DNA of 64,000 nucleotides from Isosphaeraceae bacterium (GTDB lineage Bacteria; Planctomycetota; Planctomycetia; Isosphaerales; Isosphaeraceae). The position numbers and the translations under genes are program-made. A model generated the notes under the pieces. That model searched no databases and was not told the origin of the DNA. It saw only the letters and a list, made by a program, of their open reading frames with translations. Below, in pieces: positions 1 to 9,834 of this stretch. Within the stretch, counting starts at the first letter, position 1, and each line of letters opens with the position of its first letter. The stretch lies in assembly GCA_965201075.1 (NCBI GenBank), contig CBDAVP010000001.1:62001-126000 (forward strand), read 5' to 3'.

Positions 1-838
1 CCTCCAACGCCATCGCCGGCCTCGGCGCCGACGACTTCCAGCGCACGTTGCCCGCTTGATTCAACGCGGAGAGTTCCCCCTCCAGCGTGGCCACCACGAT
101 CAGGCGGGCGGCGAAGTCGGGGACCGCGTGGGCAGTGGTCCCTCCCAGGTGGTACGAGCCTTCGTTGTCGCCGTTCAGGTCAAACCGCTGAATGCCGTAG
201 TTGAAGCAACTGGCCAGGATGATACCGCCATCGCCCGAGGCCGCCAGCCGGCCGACGTTGGTCATCAACGAAGACTGCCAGGCGACGTCGGCCCGCAGTG
301 TTGCCCCCGAACCGCTTGGACTCAGGTCAACACCGACGATCGTCCCGTACCCCGAAGCCCCCAACAGGATCGGCCGCGAGGGGAGAAACGTCAGGTGGGC
401 CAGGGGCTGGCGGGTCTCGAACTGGCCGGCGGGACGGCCGTGGCGTGCGGTGATCTGCGTCCGGTTATTGGTCTTCGACGCCGAGGCCACGAAGCGGCCG
501 TGGGGGTCGACGGCCAGGGCGCCGCAGTCGGGAGCGTGGGGCCGCTCGGCCACGAGCTCCAGATCGCGGGCCAGCAACCAGAGCTGCCCGTGATCGCCGG
601 CCAGGGCGACCAGCGAGCCATCGTCGCTGATGACCCCCGCCACAATTTTCCCAGGCGCCCGGGCGGTCGCCAACCGCTCGCCGTCCAGGTCGTACAGGGC
701 GACGGAATCCCCCTCATCCCAGGTCAGGACGCGGCCAGCCTCGCGGGCCAGCCCGATCCCCTTGAGAGGGGCGTCGGTGACGATCGTCCAGGCCGGATAA
801 GCGTCGATGGGCGAGGCTCTCCCGGCAATCTCTACCAA
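1..838 (-). CDS. Beta-propeller (WD40/PQQ-like) repeat protein, runs off the left edge
   Basis: Not in the ORF track. Manual translation of an open minus frame from TTG 838: ...RVLTWDEGDSVALYDLDGERLA...ALAVDPHGRFVASAS...GIQRFDLNG...NVRWKS..., repeated blade-like segments. Start is uncertain. Confidence 0.65.
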   Translation of the reverse strand, partial: MVEIAGRASPIDAYPAWTIVTDAPLKGIGLAREAGRVLTWDEGDSVALYDLDGERLATARAPGKIVAGVISDDGSLVALAGDHGQLWLLARDLELVAERPHAPDCGALAVDPHGRFVASASKTNNRTQITARHGRPAGQFETRQPLAHLTFLPSRPILLGASGYGTIVGVDLSPSGSGATLRADVAWQSSLMTNVGRLAASGDGGIILASCFNYGIQRFDLNGDNEGSYHLGGTTAHAVPDFAARLIVVATLEGELSALNQAGNVRWKSSAPRPAMALE

Positions 839-888
839 AGGTTGGGAAGGGGGGGGAAATGGACGAAGAAGGTGGACCCGTCGTCGGG

Positions 889-2598
889 TCAGCCGGCGGC
901 CTTGGCGGTCCGACGCTTGGCGACCTCGATGGCCGAATCGAGCACAGGGTCGGTGTCGGGGTCGCCGAAGGTGGCGGAGGGCCCGTCATCCCCGGCCATC
1001 GGCTTGAGAACCGTCCGGGACGTCTGGTGAGGCTCAACCCCCTGCTCGCTGTAGGCCCGATCGGTGGGGGAGTAGAACTTGGCGGTCGTTAACTTCAGGC
1101 CGGCCGGGGCGGTCCTCAGGGAATAGATGCTCTGGACCGACCCCTTGCCGTAGCTGCGCTGACCCAGAATCAACGCCCGGTGATTCTCCTTCAGGGCCCC
1201 AGCCAGAATTTCGCTGGCGCTGGCGCTGTCGCGGTCGATCAGGACGGCCACGGGCATCCGCCAGAGGGCACCGGGGCGGGCCCGATAGATCGAGCTTTGC
1301 CCCGGAGCTCGGCCACGGGTCGAGACGATCACACCGTCATCGAGGAACCGGTCGGCCATCTCCACCGCGACATTCAGCAGGCCGCCGGGGTTGCCCCGCA
1401 AGTCGAGCACCAGAAACCGCATCCCCTGCCGCTGGAGCGAGGCGATCGCCCGTTCGAGTTCCTCGGTCGAGGACTTCTGGAACCCGGTCAACTGGACGTA
1501 GCCAACGCCCGCCACCGACTCGACGATCTTGGCCTGGGTGACACTGCGGACCTCGACCGCCCGGCGGGTCAGTTCCAAGGTCTGCTCGGAGCCGTCGGCG
1601 TGCAAAACCGTGACGCGGACGGTGGTCCCCTCGGACCCCTGGAGGCGGTTGGCGGCCTCGTCCAGACCCAGTCCGCCGACCTTCTGGCCGCCGACGGCGG
1701 TGATCCGGTCACCCGCCCGCATGCCCGCGTCGGAGGCCGGGCCGTCCGGCAAAACGCCGACCAGCCTCAACCCCTGGTCGTCTTGCTTCAGTTCGACGCC
1801 CAGACCAACAAAGTTGCCGTCGATCATCGAATACAGATCATCGAGCTTGTCGGGGGTCAGGTAGGTCGTGTAATCGTCCAACGCATCGCAAGCGCCAAAG
1901 ACGAACTCCAGAATGACCGGAGAGGAGGCGAGGCCGGCCCCCTGCCGAGCGACTTCGGCAATGGCGCGGACCTCGGCCTCGGCCTCGGGGCGGTTCTTGA
2001 CCAGAACCGCCGCCCGTCGCTTTCTCAACGACTCGCGGAGGGCCAGGGCCCGGTCGGGCGGGAGGTTCGGGGCGTTGGCGCGAAGGAAGGACGGATCTCT
2101 CAGGGCCACGTCCAGATTATCCAGCCCACGCCTCAGCAAAGGGGCCAAGGCGACCGCCTCGACGTAGTGAGAGTCAATCCGTTCGAGCAACTCGTCGTAA
2201 AGTTCCATCGCCCGATCGGCGGGCAGTTTCAGGAGGACGTCCCGAAAACTCCTGTCCTGATACCGACGACCCAGCCGATAATGGATTTCGCAGAGCCGCA
2301 GACGGTGGCGAAAATCGGCCCTGGGCCACTGCTTCAGCGCCTCCTCATAAGCGGCGATCGCCGCCGACCAGTTGCCATGACGCTCCAGGTCAAGAGCCTG
2401 TTCGAGCGCGGCGGCCGGGGTTTGGGGGTCGACCGCCTTCGGAGCGATCGCGGGGGCCTGAGCCGGGGCGACAACCCGAGGCACGGAAGTGGGCGAGTCG
2501 ATCGAACCGGCGGCCAGGCCGGGTCGAACTCCCAGGCCAAGACCGACCAGGCCGAGCAGCCCGGCCCAGATGGCCCGTTGGGACCGATGGATTCGCAT
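889..2598 (-). CDS. ctpA: S41 family carboxyl-terminal processing protease (signal peptide, TPR-like region, PDZ, peptidase)
   Basis: GLGVEL PDZ motif, LDLRGNPGG, SASASEILAGAL (catalytic Ser), SYGKGSVQ (catalytic Lys). Start chosen at ATG MRIHRSQ; ORF track opens at 2616. Confidence 0.9.
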   Translation of the reverse strand: MRIHRSQRAIWAGLLGLVGLGLGVRPGLAAGSIDSPTSVPRVVAPAQAPAIAPKAVDPQTPAAALEQALDLERHGNWSAAIAAYEEALKQWPRADFRHRLRLCEIHYRLGRRYQDRSFRDVLLKLPADRAMELYDELLERIDSHYVEAVALAPLLRRGLDNLDVALRDPSFLRANAPNLPPDRALALRESLRKRRAAVLVKNRPEAEAEVRAIAEVARQGAGLASSPVILEFVFGACDALDDYTTYLTPDKLDDLYSMIDGNFVGLGVELKQDDQGLRLVGVLPDGPASDAGMRAGDRITAVGGQKVGGLGLDEAANRLQGSEGTTVRVTVLHADGSEQTLELTRRAVEVRSVTQAKIVESVAGVGYVQLTGFQKSSTEELERAIASLQRQGMRFLVLDLRGNPGGLLNVAVEMADRFLDDGVIVSTRGRAPGQSSIYRARPGALWRMPVAVLIDRDSASASEILAGALKENHRALILGQRSYGKGSVQSIYSLRTAPAGLKLTTAKFYSPTDRAYSEQGVEPHQTSRTVLKPMAGDDGPSATFGDPDTDPVLDSAIEVAKRRTAKAAG

Positions 2599-3054
2599 CG
2601 CGGAAGACCCTCCCACCTCACCGGGGCAACGGCGGGGGAGATTCGCAAACCCGGGGCCGGGGCCTTGCGACCGGAACGGCCGTCAACTCCGGCAGGGCCG
2701 GACCGGGGGCGACTCTCCCTCGACGATGACTCCATCGTTGCCGAATCGTAGGGGTTCATTCAAGCGGTGACGTGCGCGAAAGGGACCGCTCACATCGCGA
2801 GCAAAGCCCCGCCCCAACCCGTTTGGGCCGGGCGGCGAGAGACTCGGCCGAAGCCTTATCCCCTTGCCCAGACTATAACATACTCCCCGACCGCCCGGCC
2901 CGTCGTTTCCCCCTAGCCGGCCGAAGGCGACCATCCCCAGAAAATCGCGCCAGATCGGGGTAAACTCCGCGGCGAAACTTGACGAACCAGTCCCAAAAAA
3001 TTGGTGGGATTGGTCTGCTCACTTCCCCTTTTACAAACCAATCGGCACAAATGA

Positions 3055-4869
3055 TCAATTTCGCTCGCTCGAAGGGGCGGGGGGTTCCGTCAGGGTCAAG
3101 GTCCGCCCCCCCTCCAGGTTCGCCAGTCGGGAGACTCGCCCCGAGGGCCAGTTGACGACCAGGGTTTCGACCGTGCGAGACTCGCCCAGCCCGAAGGTCA
3201 TCGTCCGCTCCGAAGACGAGAGGTAGCCCGTCGCCGGGAAAAGTTGTCGTCGCTGGTCCCGCCCCCCAGCGCGGAGGACCACCCGGGCGCCAATGACTGA
3301 CTTGTTCGACGCCGTCCCGACCAGACGGAGGCGGAAGGCGATCGAGCCGCCTCGGCCGTCGTTGCGGAGGATGCGGGCCGTCCCGCCATTGGCCGTGAGC
3401 ACGACGTCGAGGTCGCCGTCGCCATCAAGGTCCCCCGAAGCGCTGCCGCGACCCACCATCGGGCGGAACAGGTCGGGCCCCGCGGTGTCTGGTCCAACCG
3501 GAACGAACAGGTTGCGGCCGATCGTCCCGCTGTTCCAAAACAATTGGGCGGCCTGGGGATGCGATTGCTCGGGGGCCACCCGGGCGATGGCGCTTTCCAG
3601 GTGTCCATTGGCCGAGAGGAGGTCAAGGCGGCCGTCGAGGTCGTAATCCAGGAAGATGAGGCCGAATTTCATCGGCGCGCGGGTGGGCTCGCCGAGGCCC
3701 AGCAGGTTGGCTTCGTCGTTGAACTGCATCGAATGAGGCCCCTCGGCGATGTACAGGCCCATCACTTCGCCGGCGAAGTTGGCGACGGCCAGGTCCATCG
3801 CGCCGTCTCCCTTGGCGTCTCCCCAGGCCAGGCCCATCGCGCCTCGGGCATCGCCGAAGGAGTCGAACGCCAGGCCCTGGAGGATGCCCACCTCCTCGAA
3901 CCGTCCGCCGCCCCGGTTATGGAAGAAGAAGTTCCGCACCGTGTCGTTGGCGACGGCCAGGTCGACCCGGCCATCGCCATCAACGTCGCAGGGCGCGACG
4001 CCCAACGATTTGGCCAGGGGCCGTCGCGAACTCGGCGCCCGGACGGAGATGCCGGAGGCTTCACCGACGTCGACGAAGTGGCCGCCATCATTGCGCAGCA
4101 AGGTGCAAGTGGTCCCACCGAAGGCCGAGGGGGCGTTGTAGGCCGGTTCCCCGCCAGGCAGGAGCGTCCGCCGGGCGCGATCGGCCTCGGGCGTCCAGTC
4201 CAGATACTGGGCGATGAACAGGTCGAGGTCGCCATCATTCTCCAGGTCGAACCAGCAAGCGCTGGTCTGCCAGCCGCCAGCGCCCGCGGCATGAGCCTCG
4301 GCCGTCACGTCGACGAAGTGCCCGCCGTCGTTGCGCAGCAGGTGCCCCGGTCCCACCGCCGACAGATACAGGTCGGGGTCGCCGTCGTTGTCATAGTCGC
4401 CAACGGCCACCCCCTGCCCAAAGACGCTCAGCGCCAGGCCGGCCTCGGCCGTGACGTCGACGAAGTGCCCGGTGCCGTCGTTGCGGTAGAGAGCCTGGGT
4501 CGGGGGGGCCTTGCCGGAAGGTGGGGCGTCGGGCCAGGGGCGGGAATTGACGAAGAAGAGATCCTCGTCGCCATCGCCATCGAAATCCAGAATCGCCACG
4601 CCCGAGCCCATCGTCTCGGGCAGGAGCTTCTGGCCGCTGGCGCCATTCTCATGAACGAACCGGACGCCCGACTCGGCCGTCACATCGACGAAGCGAACCG
4701 CCGGGGGCGTCGGACGGTCAGGGGCACGAGTCGGACGCCCTTTCGATGGCAAGGCGACCGGTGGGGCGGACGCGCCTTGGCAACCCACGACGACCAGGAG
4801 AGCCAGCCAGGGTAGAACCCGCGTCGCGAATCGTCGGGGCGCATCGTTGAGACGAAACGGGGCAAGCAT
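3055..4869 (-). CDS. CRTAC1/ASPIC-UnbV family FG-GAP repeat lipoprotein
   Basis: Lipobox-like VVVGC, repeated D(F/Y)DGDGDxDL motifs, C-terminal GYLSS...TFGLG...V.WPSG UnbV signature. Confidence 0.9.
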   Translation of the reverse strand: MLAPFRLNDAPRRFATRVLPWLALLVVVGCQGASAPPVALPSKGRPTRAPDRPTPPAVRFVDVTAESGVRFVHENGASGQKLLPETMGSGVAILDFDGDGDEDLFFVNSRPWPDAPPSGKAPPTQALYRNDGTGHFVDVTAEAGLALSVFGQGVAVGDYDNDGDPDLYLSAVGPGHLLRNDGGHFVDVTAEAHAAGAGGWQTSACWFDLENDGDLDLFIAQYLDWTPEADRARRTLLPGGEPAYNAPSAFGGTTCTLLRNDGGHFVDVGEASGISVRAPSSRRPLAKSLGVAPCDVDGDGRVDLAVANDTVRNFFFHNRGGGRFEEVGILQGLAFDSFGDARGAMGLAWGDAKGDGAMDLAVANFAGEVMGLYIAEGPHSMQFNDEANLLGLGEPTRAPMKFGLIFLDYDLDGRLDLLSANGHLESAIARVAPEQSHPQAAQLFWNSGTIGRNLFVPVGPDTAGPDLFRPMVGRGSASGDLDGDGDLDVVLTANGGTARILRNDGRGGSIAFRLRLVGTASNKSVIGARVVLRAGGRDQRRQLFPATGYLSSSERTMTFGLGESRTVETLVVNWPSGRVSRLANLEGGRTLTLTEPPAPSSERN

Positions 4870-5000
4870 GTCGATCGGCGGGCCTTCGGGCGGAATCCGG
4901 GCCCGTTCGCGATGACCCGCGACCCCCGACCCTCTTCACCCCATCCATCAGACGCAAGCCCAGCGGGGGCGTCAAGGTAGGCTGGGGTCCGTCGAGAAAT

Positions 5001-5037
5001 CGATCCCGGGGGGCCAGGCGATGGGCCCCCCGGGTCG
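5001..5037 (-). terminator. Probable terminator hairpin after the ferritin-like gene pair
   Basis: cccggggggcc (5005-5015) pairs with ggccccccggg (5024-5034), just past the stop at 5046; short T run follows on the minus strand. Confidence 0.6.
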
Positions 5038-5045
5038 GGTTCCGT

Positions 5046-5723
5046 TCAGGAGTAGAACCGGGGGACGTTCATGTTGTAGAACTCTTGCTCCAGATACTCG
5101 GCGATCAGCGCGAAGTTCAGGATGTTGATGTCGGTGATCGTCGAAGGGTTCGACGTCGTCGGCAGCGGGTACAGGTTGTTGGGGTCGTTCAGGCTGACGA
5201 TGAACGGCGTCAGGGCCGCGGCGACCTGGTCGAACGTCAGAGCCGGGGCGAACGAGTTGCTGGGCGTGCCGCCGGTCGGGACGATCGGCCGGTTGGACAG
5301 GGTGTTGAGGAAGCCCGAGTGGTAGGCCTCGACAAAGCCGATCGAGGCGGCCGCCGGGAGATAGGTTTCGGACAGGAACGGAGCGGCCCCCTGGTAGGCG
5401 CCGGCGCCGGTGTTCTCAAAGGTCACCGACAGGCGGACGAACTGGGTGAAGTTCTTGGCCAGCAGGCCTTTGAAGGTCGGCTTGGGGCGGGCCTGAGAGC
5501 CCAGGGCCTGGGTGATGAAGGCGACGTGGGCATTCTCGTCGGCCTGGATCTCGCGGAAGTTGTTGCCGCCCCAGCTCGGATACAGGTCGCGGAAGTTGTC
5601 GTGAGACAGGCGGGCGGCGTGGCCAACCGAGGGGCTAGTGGCCAGCAGGGCCGCGGCGCCGGCGGTGGCGACGGTCCCCTGGAGGAACGACCGCCGAGTG
5701 CGGTTCGATTCGGTCTCAAGCAT
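5046..5723 (-). CDS. Tat-exported ferritin-like (Ferritin_2-type) protein, apparently circularly permuted
   Basis: TRRSFLQG Tat motif; DENAH, FENTGAGAYQGAAP, VEAYH; C-terminal DINILNFALIAEYLEQEFY. Confidence 0.85.
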   Translation of the reverse strand: MLETESNRTRRSFLQGTVATAGAAALLATSPSVGHAARLSHDNFRDLYPSWGGNNFREIQADENAHVAFITQALGSQARPKPTFKGLLAKNFTQFVRLSVTFENTGAGAYQGAAPFLSETYLPAAASIGFVEAYHSGFLNTLSNRPIVPTGGTPSNSFAPALTFDQVAAALTPFIVSLNDPNNLYPLPTTSNPSTITDINILNFALIAEYLEQEFYNMNVPRFYS

Positions 5724-5899
5724 GGGAGGAGTCCTCAAGCTGTGGTTCTTTGGGGGATGCGGACCGCCCGGGACGCTGTCAGCGACGGGCTTTCGAGGTC
5801 GGATTCGGACGAGGACGGATGCGAACGGAACGACCGGGAGGAACCCGGCCCGGGCTTTCCGACGCGTGGTGTCGGAAGGGCGCTAGCGTGCAGTCTGGC

Positions 5900-6724
5900 T
5901 CAGACGTAGAACATCGGGACGGCCGCGTTATAGAACTCTTGCTCCAGATACTCCGCGATCAGCGCGAAGTTCAGGATGTTGACGTCGGTGATCGTCGAGG
6001 GATCCGTCAAGGTCGGCAGCGGGTACAGGTTGTCGGGGTCGTTGAGGCTGACGATGAACGGCATCAGGGCCGCGGCGACCTGGTCGAACGTCAGAGCCCG
6101 GTTGAACGAGTTGTTGGGCGTGCCGCCGGGCGGGACGATCGTCATGTCCGCCAGGGTGTTGAGGAACCCGGAGTGAAACGCCTCGACGAAGCCGATCGAG
6201 GCCGCCGCCGGCAGGTAAGTGCTGCTCAGATAGGGAGCGGCCCCTTGATAGGCCCCGGCGCCGGTGTTCTCAAAGGTCACGGAAAGTTGGACGAACTGGG
6301 CGAAATTGGCCGGCACCAGACCCTGAAAGGTCGGCTTGGGGCGGGCCTGCGAACCGAGAGCATTCTGGATGAAGGCGACGTGGGCGTTCTCGTCGGCCTG
6401 AATCTCCAGGAAGTTATTGCGGCCCCAGTTGGGGTACAGGTCGTTGACGAACTCCCCGGGCAGGTGGGGCGACTTGCGAGACGGCTTGGCCTTGGCGACC
6501 ACCGGCCGGCGAGCAGTGATCACCGGCTTCTTGGGGATGGGCTTATGCGCCTGGACCGCCACCTTTTTGTTGGCCGCGGCGAAGCTCGTCGCCGGCAGCA
6601 GCAAGCCCGCGGCGCCAGCCACCAGGCCGCCGACGACCGGTCCACTCAGAAACGAACGACGGTCTCCCTCGGGCTCGCTGGGAATCTCGGCGCCTTGCGA
6701 CGGGAGCGATTCGGGCTCGATCAT
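5900..6724 (-). CDS. Tat-exported ferritin-like protein, paralog of 5046-5723
   Basis: DRRSFLSG Tat motif, Lys/Pro-rich linker, core nearly identical to the neighbour; GAGG upstream of ATG. Confidence 0.85.
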   Translation of the reverse strand: MIEPESLPSQGAEIPSEPEGDRRSFLSGPVVGGLVAGAAGLLLPATSFAAANKKVAVQAHKPIPKKPVITARRPVVAKAKPSRKSPHLPGEFVNDLYPNWGRNNFLEIQADENAHVAFIQNALGSQARPKPTFQGLVPANFAQFVQLSVTFENTGAGAYQGAAPYLSSTYLPAAASIGFVEAFHSGFLNTLADMTIVPPGGTPNNSFNRALTFDQVAAALMPFIVSLNDPDNLYPLPTLTDPSTITDVNILNFALIAEYLEQEFYNAAVPMFYV

Positions 6725-6790
6725 CGTCGATGTCCTCGCGATGGGGGATTAGGAGAGATGCGCGGACTAACCGGACACTGCGACCGCTGG

Positions 6791-6830
6791 ATTATAAGAG
6801 CAGGAGTGCGTGTGTCCAATTGAAAATTGG
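6791..6830 (-). promoter_or_regulatory. Sigma70-type promoter for the ferritin-like pair with overlapping palindrome
   Basis: Minus strand TTGGAC-17 nt-TATAAT (6819 to 6791); CCAATT-GAA-AATTGG inverted repeat at 6816-6830. Confidence 0.6.
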
Positions 6831-7029
6831 TAAAGTCGGAAATTTTTAGCGAATGAACCGTTTATCGCCTTTCGGCTGATTAGGTCGTCTAAGTCGACGT
6901 TCTGGTTTCCAGGTGGGGGCGGGCCGGGCGGGGGACGCGGACCCTGGGTTTCGGCCGGCCGAAATGTTAACCTGGGAAGCGTGGCCGGCCCGGGCCGCGT
7001 GAAATTCAAGGCGAAAGGAGCGCGTCCCT

Positions 7030-8958
7030 TTGTTTGCCGGACCGATCATTGCTCGCGAGGTCCTGACCGCCCCGCGACCGTCCCGCTATTACGTCACCCG
7101 GGCCTCTTACGCGGGGCTGATGTTTGTCTTGATGTGGACGGCCTGGCAGTCCTTGATCGGCTGGCGGGACATCGGCGAGGTTGGCATACTGGCTCGGTTC
7201 GGGGCGATCCTCTTCGGGCTGTTCGCCCTGGTGCAACTGAGCCTGATCCTGTTCTTCGCCCCACTAGCCGCCGCCACGGCGGTTGCCCACGAGAAGGACC
7301 GGCGGACCTTCATCCTGCTGTTGATGACCGACCTCAGTGACGTCGAAATCGTCCTGGGCAAGTTGGTCGCCAGCCTCCTCCAGGTGTTGACTCTGCTGGC
7401 CGCCGGGGCTCCGGTGCTGCTGGCCTGCGTCCTGCTGGGAGGAGTGGCGCCCTGGCAGGTGGCTCTGGCGTTGGCCGTGACCGTCGCGTCGGGCCTGGTT
7501 TGCGGGTCACTGGGTTTGGTGGTCGCCCTTTGGCGGGACCGGACCTTTCAATCGTTGGCGTTGACGGTGCTGATCGTGGCCCTGGGACTGGTCGCGGTGG
7601 AGGCCGGCGCGCTCGCCTTGCCGGGGCTGCGGGTCGTCGGAGTTCCCCTGGTCGAGGCCCTGGACCCTTTCCGAGCCCTCCTGGCGGTGCTCGACCCCGA
7701 CCTGAGATCCTCCGGTTTCGCGGGCGTTCCCGGACTGGCATTCGTGGGGGTGGCCCTCGTTGTGGCGCTGGCCTTGAACCTCCTGGCCGTGAACCGTCTA
7801 CGCGTCTGGAACCCCGGCCGTAACGAGCCCCGAGAGCAGCGAGAGGCCGCCGTCGAGGCCGAGGGTTTGGTCGAGTCCCTGGTCGAGATCCGCGAGGTTC
7901 CTCAGGAAGCCCTGGTCGGCGCGGGCGTCGGCGGTTCGTCTCTCGGCCAGGGCTCGGGCTCATCCCTGCGGGGCGAGGGTCGATCGGCCTCGAACGGGCC
8001 GCCAGGCGAAGGAGACGTTGTCGGCGACGGGACGACCGGTCTGCATGTCCCCCGCCGCACCCACCGTCGCGTCACTCGTGCCGCCGGCAAGTACCGCCAG
8101 CCCTGGTCCAACCCGATCGCCTGGCGAGAGTTGATGACCCGCGCCTACGGGACCAAGCCCCTCATCATCAAGGGGGCGTACATCCTGGCCTTCGCGCTGG
8201 GAGTGGCCTTCTTCGCGATCAACCCCGACGTCGAGGCCGACCCCTGGCGGCCCGCCCGCGTCTTGATCCCCCTGGCGATCCTCAGCCTGATCCTGGTCAA
8301 CGCCCAGGGAGTGACCGCCCTGACCAGCGAGCGCGACACCGGAGCCCTGGACCTCTTGCTGGTCACCGAATTGAGCCCCAAGGAGTTCATCTACGGCAAA
8401 CTCTACGGGGTCCTCTACAACACCAAGGAAATGATCGTCCTGCCGGTCGCCCTGACCGCGTGGTTCGCGATCATCGGCGCGATTTCCGGCGAGGCGGCGT
8501 TTTACATCATCATCGACTTCCTTTTATTAGCGCACTTTTCGGCGATGCTGGGCTTGCACGCGGCGATCACCTACACCAACAGCCGCACGGCCGTCGCCAA
8601 CAGCCTGGGGACGATCTTCTTCCTGATGGTGGGCATCCTGACCTGCGCGTTCCTGATCATCCTCAGCGACCAGGAGTTCGGCCGGCAGTTGCTCAGTTTC
8701 TTGATCTTCATCGGCGCGGGGAGCGTGGCCCTGTTCGGCTCGTTGGGGGCGAAGAATCCCTCGCAGGCAATCGCCCTGGTTTCACTTTTGACGCCGTTCT
8801 GGACGTTCTACTGCGTGATTGAGCTGCTCAACGGCGACGTGATCTCGGCGTTTCTGGTCAGCGTGGGGATTTATGGGTTCGCGCTACTGGCGATGCTGGT
8901 GCCGGCGGTGGGGGACTTTGACATCGCCCTGGGCCGGACCAACGCGATCCAGGGGTAA
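7030..8958 (+). CDS. ABC-2 type transporter permease with two membrane domains
   Basis: GPIIAREV, EKDRRTFILLLMTDLS..EIVLGK and SERDTGALDLLLVTELS..EFIYGK repeats; AAGGAG before TTG. Confidence 0.85.
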   Translation: MFAGPIIAREVLTAPRPSRYYVTRASYAGLMFVLMWTAWQSLIGWRDIGEVGILARFGAILFGLFALVQLSLILFFAPLAAATAVAHEKDRRTFILLLMTDLSDVEIVLGKLVASLLQVLTLLAAGAPVLLACVLLGGVAPWQVALALAVTVASGLVCGSLGLVVALWRDRTFQSLALTVLIVALGLVAVEAGALALPGLRVVGVPLVEALDPFRALLAVLDPDLRSSGFAGVPGLAFVGVALVVALALNLLAVNRLRVWNPGRNEPREQREAAVEAEGLVESLVEIREVPQEALVGAGVGGSSLGQGSGSSLRGEGRSASNGPPGEGDVVGDGTTGLHVPRRTHRRVTRAAGKYRQPWSNPIAWRELMTRAYGTKPLIIKGAYILAFALGVAFFAINPDVEADPWRPARVLIPLAILSLILVNAQGVTALTSERDTGALDLLLVTELSPKEFIYGKLYGVLYNTKEMIVLPVALTAWFAIIGAISGEAAFYIIIDFLLLAHFSAMLGLHAAITYTNSRTAVANSLGTIFFLMVGILTCAFLIILSDQEFGRQLLSFLIFIGAGSVALFGSLGAKNPSQAIALVSLLTPFWTFYCVIELLNGDVISAFLVSVGIYGFALLAMLVPAVGDFDIALGRTNAIQG

Positions 8959-9124
8959 ACCTCGTCGAGGGCGATCGGCATTGACCGTCGGGGGCCGATC
9001 GGGGATAACTCCGCCCCGATTGATGGCCCCCGCTCGGGGGTGCGCCCCGTCCCGCGGACCCCACGTCCGTCGCGGGCCGGGAGGGGAATCACGGGCGAGT
9101 GGCGACGAGGCGGGAGGCCGGCTC

Positions 9125-9589
9125 ATGGGCCTGCGACGCTCGGCGAGGGGACGGTTCGTCCGCGGGTCGGCCTGGGCCCTGATCGTCCTGGGAGCGGTCG
9201 GCTGCGTGGAACGTCGCTACACCATCCGCACCAACCCCGACAACGCGCTGGTCATCGTCAACGGCGAGGAGATCGGCCCCTCGCCGGCCTCGCGCTCGTT
9301 CGCCTTCTATGGCGACCGCGAGATTGTCATCTCGGCCCCCGGCTACGAGACCCTCCACGTCATCCAGCCGGTCCGGGCGCCGATCTGGGACACCTACGTC
9401 ACCGACTTCTTTAGCGAGAACGTCATTCCCTACACCTTCCGCGACGAGCGGGAGTTCGTCTACAACCTCAAGCCGATCACCACCCCACCCGAGTCTGAAC
9501 TGGTTCAGCGAGCCACGGCCCTGCGACAGCAAGGGGTTGTTCCTCCCAAACCCAAGCGGGGCGGGATCTTGGGATTCTTCGGCTTCTGA
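9125..9589 (+). CDS. PEGA domain lipoprotein
   Basis: GAVGC lipobox, IRTNPDNALVIVNGEEIGPSP PEGA motif; GGAGG upstream of ATG 9125. Confidence 0.8.
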   Translation: MGLRRSARGRFVRGSAWALIVLGAVGCVERRYTIRTNPDNALVIVNGEEIGPSPASRSFAFYGDREIVISAPGYETLHVIQPVRAPIWDTYVTDFFSENVIPYTFRDEREFVYNLKPITTPPESELVQRATALRQQGVVPPKPKRGGILGFFGF

Positions 9590-9834
9590 CCACCCGTGCA
9601 ATCTCCCCGAAGATTTTGGGAAACCCTGGCGATTATCGGTACTGGCGCCGATGGTAGGGGTGAGGGACGTCGGGGGCGAATTTGGGCTCCGGGTTGTGTG
9701 ATGACCCGGGAATTTGGTACGATTACGCTGGATTGTCGGTCCTCGGCGGGCCAGGAGGGTTTCGCCGGCCTCGACAGCCTTTCGCGCCCCTCGCTCTTGA
9801 AGGGCGTGCGACCGCCATCCCCAAGGATGTGGAG

